64,000 nucleotides of DNA from Proteromonas lacertae (GCA_002245135.1 NGBS01000312.1:1-64000), one strand, 5' to 3'. Positions 1 to 14,355 are shown, counted from the first letter of the stretch. Numbers and translations: made by a program. The notes: generated from the sequence alone by a model not told the origin.

Positions 1-266
1 ATAATACTTTAGGATAGCAAGGAGAAACATTGGCTAAGAAAATTTACTAGTGATTCGAATTCATCTGATTGTTGACTTGGATTTAATCGAAAATATTTCT
101 AATTGTGTTTGAAAGTGTCGATACTATCATATTAGAATAATATAAATACTTGTTGAAGAAAATCATCGTGGTAGGCTTTAGGATCACGTTTAATTTGGTT
201 CTAAATTGTATAAAAATGACTAAATACTTGAAGTTTTGGCAAATTCCCAACTAAAAGATCTGTCAT
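1..266 (-). CDS. SDA1: SDA1 ribosome biogenesis protein, 5' part (runs off window start)
   Basis: Manual splicing gives MTDLLVGNLPKLQ|NQIKRDPKAYHDDFLQQ|YRHFQTQLEIFRLNPSQQSDEFESLVNFLANVSPCYPK, matching the SDA1 N-terminus (NLPxLQNxIKRDP..Y..EFLQQY...CYP). It needs two single-base corrections in T4 runs (plus-strand A runs at 39-42 and 90-93). Confidence 0.9.
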
Positions 267-414
267 TAGGAAATGATGAAAAAAATAATTATACAAATTA
301 ATACAAATGAAAAATACAATTAAAAGTGTATTTCTAGTTTCATTTTAATTTTTTGTATAGATATTTATCATATTATTAATCGTTTATAGATTATTTATTT
401 AATTTTTTCTAATT

Positions 415-2398
415 ATGATGAATCGTGACCATCAAAATAACAATAGATACATCCCTAAATCTCCAATATCCTATATTACCAAGCCAAAGAAGTATAAAAT
501 TATTTAATATATATTTATAGGAGATAAGAATATGAATAGAAATAATATTAAACGAGCAACCTGCACCCAAACTAGTAATTCCTGTTCCTGTGTCAATACC
601 TAGTGAGAAAAAGATGGCTGAAGAAGAGAAAAATAAAAAGGTTAAAAATGGAACATGATAAAGAAGAAGCAGAGAAAAAAACAACAACTCAACCAACAGT
701 AACCGAGTGTTCAGAGAGTTTACCATGGTCAAGTGTCTTAGCAAAAGGATTGGTCCAACCTACCGAAGAAGAAGAAAATAAATCTGATGAAGATGAAAAT
801 GTAAAAGAGGAAAACTACAAATTATATACTAGAAAGGATAAAAATCGAAGATATAATAAAATAATAATGCAAATTCAGATGAATATAATGTGGAAGATGA
901 AGAGTATGAAGATGAAGATGAATATTATGAAAACCAATCAAACCCATCTCAATCCAACCAAAGACCTTATCATCAATCTTCCCATTCACATTATTCCAAC
1001 TATCGAAACAACAATAATAATAATTACAACAACAGAAAACCTCAATCGGAAGAGCAAGAGATATAAAAGAGAGGTATACAGAGAAATGCAAAAAAGCAGC
1101 AGAAAAGGAAAGAAAATTATCAGAAATAGATGAATACAATAAGAAATTAAGAGAAATGGAATATATGAAAAGTTTACAACCGAAACAATCGCAACAACCG
1201 ATACAACAATCGAGAAAACAAGAATATAGGCAATACAACAACAACAACAATAATAATAATAATAGAAACCAACGTTATAGCAATAATAATCGATATAATA
1301 ATAATCGATATAATAATCAACAACCACCTCCACCTGCAACTACTACTACTTCATCATCATCATCATCTACACCTCCTCCTCCTTTACCTGTACCAAATGC
1401 CAAAATATTAATCGATAAATATGAAAATGATAAAATGATGAAAGAAAAAGAATCAAAGAATTTAGAAATACGTAAAGAAGAACAAGCTGCTGAAGAATTA
1501 CAGAGATTATTGTCATCCACTGAAATTAGGAGAGTAACAGTAAACATAAAGAAACAGCAACAACAACAACTACTACTACTACAACTACACCTTCTAATGA
1601 TAAAACGAATAATAAAAATGGTGGGAAATATAATAATAATAAACAATATAATAATAATAAACAATATCAGAAATATAATGATTATGATTATTATTATTAT
1701 TATAACAATAAGAAATATAATAATAATAATAATAAATCAAATTATTATTATAAAAGGCAATAATAAGAAAAGTGAAGGAATAAAAGAGGAAATTAATCAA
1801 CCACCACCTCCATCTACATCTACATCTATATTATCTACATCAACAACTAATAATACAATATCATCAACTACTACAACTCCACAACAACAACAATATAATA
1901 CAAACAACAACAATAAGAAATATAATAATAAAAGAAATTATAATAAGAAATATAGCAATTACTATAACAATAATTATTATGATTATAGATATAACGACAA
2001 GAATTATAATTATAATTATAAATCAACAAATGCAAATACAAATACAACAACAACAAATACTAATACTGCTGCTACATCAACTGCTCCTGGTAATAATACT
2101 GCTACAGCTGTAAATACTGAAACAGATGGTAATAAATAGAATGAAGAGAAGAATGAGAGGTGGAAAATCAGTCAATAATGTTGGTAGAACGAATTGTAGT
2201 GAAATAAAATATGTCACTGTTGAAAGCTTACCTCAAGGTGATAAAATTACTGTAGAAGATTCAAAGATCCCAAACCCAATAGGTCCATCCAAGAAAACAG
2301 AAGCTTCTTCAAATAGTGGAAAGTATGAGTTGTTTGGAATTGATAATTCTATTACTAGAACACAAAATACAGTAAATCCCAGTGATACAACTCAATAA
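415..2398 (+). CDS. Low-complexity N/Q/T/Y/E-rich hypothetical protein, reading frame broken several times
   Basis: Coding-like acidic, poly-Asn, poly-Thr and poly-Pro tracts switch between frames at A/G runs (about 629, 858, 1037, 1529, 1753, 2134). The first exon junction is unresolved. Confidence 0.5.
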
Positions 2399-2591
2399 AT
2401 GTGTTTTAGTAAGAAGAGTAAATTTTTATTATCTTTATATTGTCTTATTGTGTTGAGAAAAATAAAATAATGACTAACGAATAAAATTGGGGTTGATCCA
2501 AAAAAAATGATAGTATTTTTCATTAACCGAATTCTGATATTTTCGGTTATAGAGTGTTTTTGTAGTTCTTTTAAATTGATACAGAATTTAA

Positions 2592-4837
2592 ATGATGACT
2601 TCGTATGATCCTGTAGAAAGAATTCACAGTATTCTTTTTTTAAATAACGAAATGTAGGTGAGAGTGCCAAAGTGTTCCCTAGTATAAATGATGATAAACC
2701 TATAACTTCCATTGAACAGAACAGACATAGTATTATTTTATTCATTTTTCACTCTCTTCAGGTGATATGTCAGTGATTAGACCTAAGAATGACATGAGTA
2801 TAGTAACAAGAACGAAATCAAAGATGGTAAAGAAAAATCATCGATTATCAAGGCAAGGAGTTAGAAGATTATCAAATATTGTTCAGCAGTTAGATGAAAG
2901 TTCAAAGAATAACAAAACATATGAAGAAGCTAAACCTTCTTGTTGTGTAATTAAGACTCGACAAAACCCAAAAATTACCCGATTACTCAATAGTAAAATA
3001 TACAACATCGTTTATGTAATATTTATAATTCTTTCTATAATTTTACATGATATAAACATTATGCTTTTACCTAAACAAGCAGATATCGCAATAGCTATCA
3101 TTTTGTTACTAATAACAGTGATGTTTATTGTTGATTTAACATTAAGATCGTTGTATAAGTTCCAATACTGTTTATCAAACCTATTTTGGCTTGATATACT
3201 TGGTACATTGTCATTAATTCCAGATTTCATCGATTTATTCAGATCATTAGCTGTATATATTATATATTTAGTATTTTTAATTATAGTCTGGATTTGGTGA
3301 ATATGAAATCAGTGGAAATGGAACATCTGCAGAATTACCTTACAGAATCCCATCCTTTTTCCTACTTCAGTTATTATCTGCAGTAAGAACAATACGTGTA
3401 TTTCGATTGGCTAATTTATTCCATTTTTATTCTCCACATAAAAAGTATCGTTGATATTAATTTATTAAAATAGAGAGGAAGTCTATACAAATATTTATTC
3501 AAAGCCATCCAAGTTAGGGAAACACTTATCAGACTTAATAACTAGTAAAATGATAGTAATAATGTTTTTTATGTCATTATTCTTACCACTTTTTACATCT
3601 GCATCATATGATAGTCAAATGAATTTAAAAGTGAATTATCAATTCTAGAACAATCCTATGCAAAGAGTAAAAATGATTTATATCCAATTATTTATAAACA
3701 ATTTGTTGAGAATGGTGATAGTGAGATAATATATTTGAATATAGGTGGTGAAGTAATGATTCATAACCATAATAAATTAAAATCTTTAAGAGTATATAAT
3801 ATATATATTATTGTTATTATTATTTATTATTTATAGCTAATACAAATGATGGATGCTTCTACCTCCAAAAGTACCGTTTATATCAATGTCAAACATAGTT
3901 TGACTGAAATATATGGTTTACAACTAGCGATGAGTGTAATAGTAATATTAATCCTTATCTTAGGATGTTTTATCATCAATAAAAGCGCTTATAATCTCGT
4001 AGTTAAACCAATTGAAAGAATGACATCTATGATCTCCAAATTAGCTGGAACAATTTGTATTTTAGCAGATGAAAACTTAAGTGATGATGGTTCAGAAGAT
4101 ACTGAAGCAGATGAAGATGAAGATGAAACTAAACTCTTAGAAACTGTAGTCTCTAAGATGGCTGAATTATTTGACGTTCAATCTACAAAGACTGGTGCTA
4201 AAGCTGATAGATTATTGACTGGTTCAAGAACTACTGAGATTAGATCAAGAGGTGCTGTATATAAAGTGAATGTGATTGAATCTACTGATATTGGAGGACC
4301 ACAAGATTTGAATAATTTATATCATGGAATTATTAGTGATGAGATAAAGAAAACTGCCAAACAAGCACAGATTGATTTAGAACGTATATATATATATATT
4401 TATTTATTTATTTGTATATAGAAAACCCTGAATTATCATCAATGCAATCTGTTTTATCACATCCAGTAGCAACTCAAGCATTTAAGATATTTTTAGCCAA
4501 AAAGTTGAACTTAGAGAATTATATGTTTTGGAATGAAGTTGAGAAATTCAGAACAAGTACATTACAATATGCTAACAGAATCAGCGATAATTTTATTATC
4601 AGTGGAGCAACAAATCAAGTTAATGTTAGTTCATTGGATAGAGATACTGTACTACAAGCCTTAGAAACGAGACAATTTCCTGTTACTGTATTTGACCATT
4701 GCCAAGCTATTGCATTTCAACTTCTGGATACTAATAATTTCAGAGATTTCTTGTTAAGTGTTGAATGTAGGAATTATGTTGAGAAAAAGAAGGAAGATGA
4801 AATACATATTGTTGTAAACACACCTTTGAATCACTAG
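2592..4837 (+). CDS. Six-TM voltage-sensor-like membrane protein with C-terminal RGS domain
   Basis: The spliced model has S1-S3-like helices (FIVDLTLRS...FWLDILGTLSLIPD), S4-like VRTIRVFRL, then SKLGKHLSDLITSKMIVIM, LVVKPIERM and ETKLLETVVSKM. The RGS core reads AFKIFLAKKLNLENYMFWNEVEKFR...FIISGATNQVNVS...FDHCQ...NNFRDFL. One frame break lies near 3627-3630. Confidence 0.8.
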
Positions 4838-5121
4838 AAAGTAAAAGGATAATAATTTTTCATAATTTAAATCTATTATACACATATCTTAACTATTTTC
4901 TATTTTTGTTATGTAAAATTAGATGTATATGAAGTGTAACTGAGGATTAAGTCTTTTATATTGGTTAATGTATTGAAAACCAACCTATGGATTAATATGG
5001 TAAATAATTAATCTGCACTTAGCAAATGTTTTCAACATATTTACTAATTGAATTTCAGTTAATATGAAAAATTCAACTGTGGATCTAGCCGTTTCTTTTT
5101 TCATTTTATCATTTTTACCTC

Positions 5122-8100
5122 ATGAACACGGCTTTGGCTGTTCTTATAACACTTTTGATTATATCATCAGCTGCTGCATACAAATTGCCAGAAAATAAAG
5201 TGCTGAAAGAATCCCTTTGTCCATCACACATCGCAGTATAGAAAATTGGCTATATTTATCTAGGGAGCAGAAAGATTGGTCTTTAATTCACTGATGCATG
5301 GAGTCGGAAGTGAAGAAGAGTTTAAAAAGACAATCATAAACAAATTGATTAATGATTCGAAGAGCATAAATTATGATTTTCCAGATGGAGTACTTGATAT
5401 TTTAAAAGATGTTTGGGATCAACGGAATATATTTCCTGTGAATGCAGCTATTGTATTTTTAAATTATCTACTTTACACTAGAATATAGTCGTTTTATTAG
5501 TGCTCATGATATTATTCATGCTATATATATGTCTACTAAACCCATTTTGTTGGTGTTGTTGTAGTTGTTGTTGTATGAAGAATTATGAAAATGAAGTAGA
5601 TGATGAATATATTGAAGAAATGGAGAAATTACCTAAAGGAGTTGATCCTCCTCCATTCAAAACTCTTCCAAGTCGAGATTCCTCTCGAGATGACTGTTGT
5701 AGTTGTTGTTGCTGCTGTTGTGGTCGAAAATGTGGCTATTGTTGTTTAACATTTGCCTTTTTATGTTGTTTGGTGGCAATATTCTTTGGTTTTTACGCAT
5801 TTGCAAGTGTATTATATATAATTATTTTATATTTATTATTTCTATATAGCATCCACTCTCTAATCTTCCTTCTAAATTAGTTGGTGATGTTGATACAAAT
5901 GAAGAAAAAGGTATTTTAAGAATGGTAGATATATTTGGTAAAACTGTAAAAACTAGTTTAGTACCTATCTTGAGAGAAACTGTACTTAAAGATATACTAG
6001 CTGATTTAGTATTGAATGATACAGTGAGTAGTATAGCAGAGAATGTGTTAAATGATGTGAATTTAACAGTAATATCATCTAGTTTTAAAAGTGTAGTAAA
6101 AACTGTTGATGGCGTAGTTACTCCTGATGAATTACAAGCTGAAATTGATAAAGTAAATACTGCAAAGAATAAATTTCCTAATGAAACATTTGTAAATGAT
6201 CAACTAGGTAGTTTTAATGAATCTATAAAGAATATAACTGATAGTATAAGTGATACTACTACTAGTGTTGACAGTGTAAAAACTGCAGCAATTGGAATTG
6301 ATGCTTTAGTAGAAAGTGTATTGAAAGATATTAATGACATTGATAAATTAATTTATGTTGCTAAAACACCTCTACATGATGTATATAAAAAATATGAAAA
6401 ATTGTCTGATAATGATATATCGACGTATTGTTTTACTAATAAAAAATATACTGAAGCATCTAGTAATAAAGATTGTAAAAAGATAATTGCATTTGGAGAT
6501 AGTCTAAGTGAAGCAAAATATGAAAAAGATGATTTAAAAACATATGGTTTAGCTTTAGTTAAATCAACAGGTGATAAAGCTTTGACACAATTTAAAGCCA
6601 TCAGTGGTATAAAAACAAGTGGAATGAGAATGTTAGTTGATGATAATACTGTTGAAGTTGCAAACACTACTAAAGAATTACAAGAAAAAGTTGATAAAAT
6701 ATTACTAACTGATGTAATTAGTAATGTATAAATAAATAATTTATATAATTCTAATATATTTTATAGTTGACAGCTTTGAGTAATACATTGAATTATTTTA
6801 GTACAAATGGTGGAGATAGTCTTATAGCTATAATTGACCAGATTAATAACACATTATCAAGTTTACCTAACTTTACAGCTTTAGCAGGTAAAATAGAAGG
6901 ACTATTGGCTGTAGAAAGTGTTGTTGGTAATATTCAGGATGTAATTAATGAATTAGATAAAGCGATGAATAGTATTGTTAGTATAGATGGATTAGGTAGT
7001 ATAAATGAAACATTTAGCCAAATTACAGATATATTTAGTCAAGTAAAAGATAAATTATCACTAGTAACTGATCCAATTAAAACAGTTGATAAAGAAATAG
7101 CAAATATAAATATTCAAAGTTTTTACGATATTATTAGTGATAATGTTACTGTATAATTATATATATTGTTATATTCTATAGGGACAAATAACCAATGTAA
7201 TGGGTAAAGTAGAGTTGGGTAAAATAATAGATGATTTAAGTAAAGCGAATGAGAATGTCACTGATTACATATTTGATATTGATAATGTTACTAATGAAAT
7301 TATTGATAAATTAAAACCATTTACAGATAGTATTACACTAAATACTGGTAGACTTCTGGAAGGTATAGATATATCTAAATTTGATGAAATAATTAATGAT
7401 TTTTATAAGTCTTCAGATAGTAAAAAAACCTATAAAGAATGTTACAATGAATGGAAAGAAGGTAAAAAAGAAGATACTGGATGTACATTATCTACTTATT
7501 TCAGTAGTAATGATTTAAAACCTACTAATTATAAAGATGTTATAACAAAATTTAACAGCTTATATGCTGAAGTCAATAGAACTTCAGATAATCCAGCTCC
7601 TTATTCTGTTTATAAAGTATATTTGTTTATTTGTAATTATATATTATAGGAAGTTGTTATTCAATTAGCAAAAAATGTAGAAGATATTAAAATTGAAGCA
7701 CTTAGTGAAGCAAGTATACAAATTGAAGCTGCAAAAGGTCAAATGGAAGGAATAACTGGTCAGCTGGAAGGACCTAGGAATATATTAAACAATAGTGTAA
7801 AAATAGATGAATTTTCAGATTACATTAAGGATTACAGAGAATATCGTCAATACTTGGATAATACAACAGCATTATTTGAAAATATAGGAATTAAAAAACC
7901 AGAGAAAAATGAATATGATAATAATACGTGTATAAATATAATATTTATATATATTCTTATTAGTTGATGGGAAAATAATGAATTTATTTATGAATCCAGT
8001 AACAGATTATTTAGAAACAATGGACAATATGACTGATTTATTAGATAATGTTATGAAACTAATTACTGATCTTCCTAAATTATTGTCAGAAGTAAAAGAT

Positions 8101-8615
8101 TTCGATTATAAGCAATTTGAAAATATTATTAAAGGATATGAAAGTTGGATATTAAAGGCTATTGGTTAGTATATTATACATTTGTAATATTTAATATTTT
8201 AGTGTATTTCCTAATGATCCATCATTTGAACAATTCTTAAAAACTGATGTAGATTATCTTGATTATAAAAATGTAATTGATAGTATTGATAAGGATCATG
8301 ATAAATTCAATGAAGGAGGCTATTATCTTGTTTATTTAGCTACATTAGGAGGGAAATTGAAGATGATTGATATGTTAGAAAATGCTTTAAGCAATACAAC
8401 TGGTTATCTATTTGCTGAAAATTCAACAGATCTTATATGTGTAACTAATCGATGTATTAAAGAAACTGTTAATGAAGTATGGAATACTGCTAAATTGAGT
8501 TTATTTACAGGTAAACCTGAAGATGATAAAAGTGATAATGCAAAATATTTAAAATATGCTGGAATAGGAATAGGAGTTGTTCAGACTATAGTGTATATAT
8601 ATATATATATATATA

Positions 8616-8651
<36 letters not shown>

Positions 8652-9643
8652 GTATTGTTTTCCCATTATTCTTATTCTTAATTCAGTTGATGTATGTTGG
8701 TTTTAGATTGAAAGGTCATAATTGTTGTTGTGAATGTCAATTCTCATTAGTTTCTTGTTGCTGTAGTTGTGTATTGTTGTTATTCGCCTTTTTTGGAATA
8801 TTTGGTATTTTCCCAATGGTATTATGTAATATGGTTCCAGATATAGCTGATATAGTAGTTCAAATTGATACTGTTACCAACCAAATAGATGGTAAAAGTG
8901 TAGGTGATATTAATATGTCTTATTATAAAGATGGAAGAATAATTAATTTGAATGGTACTGTATCTGATACAAATATTAATGCAAATATTTCAATCGAACA
9001 AATTGTAAGTGGATATTTAGGAGGTAATTGTAAAGAATATCCAGCTCCATTGTATTTAATTTATTATATTATTAATAGTCAAAATACAGTTGATTCAATT
9101 TTTGATACAGTAAAGAAGACATTGAAAGAAAATGTCTTTAAAAGTATAAAAGAAAATTTTGAGAATAATGAGAAGATGCAAGCAGGAATTAAAGATCCTA
9201 TAATAGATCTTCTGGATAATAAAATATTTGATGGAATAAAATCAGTTATGGATAGTGTATTTGCTGAAGATGGAGTATTGTCGTGTAATATTGTTAATGA
9301 TATGTTAACATCTTTGGGTGATTTTGCATGTTGTGATTTAATGAATGATGCAATTGCATTATCAGCTGCTTCTGTATTGATTGGAATATTTATGTTTGTT
9401 TCAACATGTAGTATTCCATGTGCTAATGTGTGTTTGGGTGAAGGAGATCTAACAGAGTTTAAAACTCCTTCGAAAGAATTTGAAAAGAAACAAAAAGAAG
9501 AAAAGAAGAAAGGCAAAGAAGATGAAAAAGAACGAAAGAAGCGAGAAAGGGAAGATAAGAAATCTAAGAAGTTAGAAAAGAAAGAAAGTAACACAGCACC
9601 AGAAGATAATGGAGCATTTCAAATGAGAAAGAAGAAGAAGTAA
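5122..9643 (+). CDS. Large pentaspan membrane glycoprotein with prominin/tweety-like topology
   Basis: Signal peptide, then TM1, Cys-rich loop, TM2, a very long helical ectodomain with many N-x-S/T sites, TM3-CCC-TM4, a second ectodomain, TM5 and a Lys/Glu tail. About 10 GT-AG introns join the listed ORFs in frame. Confidence 0.65.
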
Positions 9644-9780
9644 TAAGAAAATATCATTAAAAATTATTATTATTATAAATATAAGCACTTCATTCTATAG
9701 AAATTGTGTAATTGAGGAAAATTTGTTAATTTTCAAATCTCATTAATATATATTATATATTCAAAATTAGTTATTATCAA

Positions 9781-11992
9781 TTAGTTATTAGATGCATCTA
9801 GAAAGTGTTCAGCTTCTTCTGGATCTTGAACTACTGAAACATATTCATTTTCATCTTCTTCATGATTGGCTTTTCGATAAAGACAGTATAAGATGATTAT
9901 TAATAACAAAATACCACATATAAATATTATAAATTGTTTCATTCCAGAATATTTGGGAATTGGATCATTTGATTCAGTTGGTTTTATTGTAACACTCTCA
10001 CTTGGTTTAACTGTTATTGGATTAGTTGGTTTTACATTATCATTAACTATTGTTATTCTTTCTATCGGTTTATGATGTGTTGAACATGATATAGAAAATT
10101 TGATTTTCATATTTATTTTATCTCCACCATTTAACCAGATACTAAATTCTATATTTTCATTGGCATTGATTTCTAATTCATATAGTTTAAAATCCAAATT
10201 ATGCCATTCATTTGTTATTACTATAGAATCAGATAGATTCAATATTCGTGATGGATTTTGTTTTATTTTCAAAGTTATTGATTCGTTTATACTTTTTAAA
10301 CTCATTCGACTTTGTAATAATAAATCTGATTTACAGTCTATTTCGTTTATATTATTTTCATAGATTTCAAGATTTGATAAAATTATTATATTATCATTGG
10401 GAATAAATGAATTAATATTATCTTCATATATCATGTTTTTATTTATTAATAAGTTTCTAGAATTAGAATATTCAAAATCTGTTAAATTATTATTTTTCTT
10501 AAATTCTTCATAACTTGAAGGATTTAAAATGTTTTTATATTTATGAATCATTATATTGGAATTATTACTGATTACATAGAATTTCTTTATTGATAAATGT
10601 TTTATATTTCCTACATGATCTCCAAATGCTTTTATTTCTAATGGTTTATTTTTGTTTTGATAATTACTCTTTATATATATATAATCATTATTTACATATA
10701 ATTTATCCTCATCAGTCATTGCACCAGTTATATATCCTATTCTTTGTGGAAGTATATAATTTCTGTTATTAACATGATTTGGTAGTGTAATAATAAAGTA
10801 ACTGCCAATAATATATAATTCAATAAGAAATTCATTATTATTTGTCATATCTCCTACAATTCCCATATATTCTTCATCTTTCATATTTAATCTATCAAAA
10901 TTCATTTCTACCCACGTGTTATTAATAATCATTTTAGATGCAGATCTTCCAATAATATATCCAAATACTGAAACTGGTTCAACCATCTGTATTTTCTTTA
11001 TATCTACAAAACATTTATCAATAACAACGTTTCTGATTGGCGATACAAATATCCCAACAAATCCACCTACACTAAAATTATCTGCTTTTGTTGTATTAAA
11101 AACTAATTCTGAAATACTCACAAATGAATTTGTTATATATAAACTATTATCATTAAACTTAAATCTATCATCTTCATCATCATCATCATCATCATCAAGA
11201 TAATAATAATCGAATATTTTAATTATTCCACCAAATAATAAACCTAACGATGTAGGGGTAAGTTTGATACTTTCATCATCACTACTATTATATGATTCTA
11301 TTGTTAACTTTTTCCCTTTTAAATATACTCCATTTATATACTGTAAATTATCACTACCATAATTTGTATATTCTACTATACTACTTATTATTCCTATAGA
11401 TACTTCAGATATACTTCTCATTATCATATTGTTGAATATTATACCAACATTTAATAGAGTTGTATTATACAAACTACCAGCTAAAATACCACTAACAGAT
11501 TCAATTGTTATATCATTGGCTATTTCGATTATTACATCATTTAAGACTGCATTTGAAAGTGAATACATAAGACTTCCTTTCAATACTGTATTGGGTAAGG
11601 CAAGTATTCTAAAATGAACATGATGTATTTCTAAGTTTTCACATTTACCAAGAACATGTAGAAATTCACTATTTCTGTAGGTAATATTAATTGTCCTAAA
11701 TGGATAATCACCTATTATCTTCTTTCCTGTCATATTAAATTTTATTGCAAATTGTCTTGTTTTACTACCAATTTGATAATCTTCATGAACATGAACAACA
11801 TCTTTGTGTTTTAAATCATTTAAAAATCCAAAAATACTTAGACTTCTCAAATGTGATTTGCTTTCTTCTTTCTCTATTTCTAGATCAACTTCTTTTGGAT
11901 TAATACAACAAATATTTGCAAAATCTAATACAGTAAAATAAATTAAATATACACAAACTAAATAAGCAAACCAAAATGAATAGATGATTCAT
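9781..11992 (-). CDS. Type I membrane/surface protein with GLUG-like beta-helical repeats
   Basis: Signal peptide exon (MNHLFILVCLFSL), one 28-nt intron, then a 2.1-kb exon with spaced GILAG/IGIIS/LGLLFG/VGGFVG/FGYIIG/MGIVG motifs, a Pro/Thr stalk, a TM helix and a short acidic tail. Confidence 0.6.
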
Positions 11993-12150
11993 TTAATTGA
12001 TTAGAAAAAATGAGAAGAAAACTTGGCTTGATGTAAATTTTCATTTCACATTTATAAAAATATATACACATACAATACAAAATGAAAATAATATATTTAA
12101 ATAAATTATTATTAATCTACACTTTTTTTGAATATTTATTTAATCTTTTT

Positions 12151-14279
12151 TTACATAAACTCATTATCATCTTCAAAATCATCTCCAGAATCTTCTTTCT
12201 TTTCTTCTTCCTTGGCATTTTCTTCGCTCTTCTTCTTCTCTTCAAAATCATCAAAACTTTCTTCAACATCATTCTCAGTAACAGTGTTTTGAATAATACT
12301 ATTTTTCATTTGTTCATTTTCATTATTATTATTTATCATTAAATCATTCAAGCTCCTATGACTTCTACCAGATGAATTTCTACCTGATGCATTTCGTGAT
12401 GATATATTTCTAGATGATATTCTTGAGGATGTTCGTGAATCTGTTAAATCAGAGGCAACTTCATGGTTTGCTTCATCAACTATGTTATTCACATAATCAT
12501 CATAATAAGTATTCATCTCACTATTGGTACTTATGGATGATTGATAATGGATAAATGATTCTTTTTGATGTTCTTTTTCCTCTTCTTTTGTATTTTCTTG
12601 TTGTTGTTCTGGTTCTAGTTCTTCAGTAAAATCTTGTAATTGAGTTTCATCTTCATCTTCTTTCACATTATTATTATTAATATTATTATTATTACTATCT
12701 CTATTCTCAACATTACCTGGTGCAGTTTTTGGCTTTACATTCTCTTCTCTTTCTTCTTCTTCATTATTACTCTCAAAATGATTATCTTTCAATGGTGATG
12801 AAGATGGTTCACTATTTCTCCTTACTGGTCTAATATAATCATCATCACTATAACTATCACTATATTCATCAGCAACATCATTACATATTTCATTCACTAA
12901 TTGATCCACTACGAAATTATTCAAAGTAGCTTCAGTAACACTTGTATCTTCAGAAGAAGCGAAGGATTCACGTAAATAATCCTGAGGTTTAACACTCTTT
13001 CGATTCTTATGATGACGATGTAAATGTGGTTTGGATCTACGTAATGGATGTAAATCTAATAATTTAGGAGATGTAAATTCTTTAGTCACTTTTGTAAAAG
13101 GTGATTTTCCTTTACTTTGATCTGGTGATTTACCTTTTGTTGAATTTGGTGAATAATTAACACCTGTATTATTATTATTATTATTACTAGTAACTGATCC
13201 TCTACCAGCTGGTGCATATAATTGATTATTCATTTCTGATTCATTAATTGTTCCATACATTACATTCTCATCATTTTCATCATCTAAATCTACTTGTAAT
13301 GCAATATCACACATATTTTCACGATTATAATAATCTTCTAATTCATTATCTTCCATTTCATCATCTCCTTCTTCATCATCTTCTTCTTCTTCATGTTTAA
13401 TTGGATAATGTTGAGGTTCTGATTGTTTTGTAGATTTCTGTTGTTTGTATTGCTGTACTGGTTGTTGTACTGTTTGGATATTACTCTCTTCATTATTCTT
13501 TTGACTGATACTTTTAGCTGGTTCATATAATTTCTTCTCTACTCTTTGTTGATTTTGTTGTTGTTGTTGTAACTTCTGTAATTCCTCTTTTCTTTGTCTT
13601 TCTTCTATTTCTGATTCATCTAAGAATGCTTCTCTTGGAGGTCTATTTTTAGGATCTAAAGGAGGTAAACGACGTGGTTTACTGCCATTTGGAACTGATC
13701 CATAATAAATATCACCATCTGAAGTTGATCTATCCACTATTTGACGAGGTGCCTTTCTTGATGCAGTTTGTTGTTGTCTTCGTTTTTTCTTACTGTCAAC
13801 TGGTGTAGCTAATGCTAAATGTGAATGAATTACTTCTTGATTTCTGGCATGATCTTTTTCCCATTGTGCTACTGAGTATACACCTCTTGTATTTTGTAAT
13901 CTAACATATAATTTCTATTTATTTTATAAGATTAAATGAATACTAAGTTTTCATCATTTATTTTACTGATTTCTGTAACACGAGCCGGAACTGGCCTTTT
14001 GTTCCATGTTTTTGGATTTATTGGAGCTGGTATATATGTTGGACATGTAATAATTCTTTCTAATAATACTCTATTTTCATAATCAATCTGTGTACATCGA
14101 ACTATATGGAAATTTATAACGAAAATAATACCTCTCTTCTGTTTCAATGAAGCTTTTGGTCTTTTCTTCCAAGATTCAGGTTCAGTGCAATCAATCATAC
14201 AACGAGTATTTTGAAGTCTTTGCTTGTGGCGTTTCAAACACTCTTTCGCCCACCACTTATTCGAACCACCCATTGGCAT
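12151..14279 (-). CDS. CFAP97/KIAA1430 (Hemingway) domain protein with long acidic disordered tail
   Basis: HKQRLQNTRCMIDCTEP...QIDYENRVLLERI...EISKINDENL|KLYVRLQNTRGVYSVAQWEKDH matches the KIAA1430 domain pattern. Two introns join this to the 12151-13737 ORF. Confidence 0.75.
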
Positions 14280-14355
14280 TTTGATTAACTAGAAAATCAA
14301 AAAAATAAAATAACGAATAAAAGCTTGATAAGGAATCAAACTCTTTTTTATTTAA

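Noticed and set aside
409..2056. Hydrophobic or Cys/Tyr-rich minus-strand ORFs (and similar antisense ORFs throughout)
   Set aside because: They are antisense shadows of low-complexity coding sequence on the other strand.
8593..8652. YIYIYI/LLLLL peptides inside long ORFs (also at about 17211, 39634, 47121, 55153, 57999)
   Set aside because: These are (TA)n/(TTA)n-rich GT-AG introns read through by the ORF finder.
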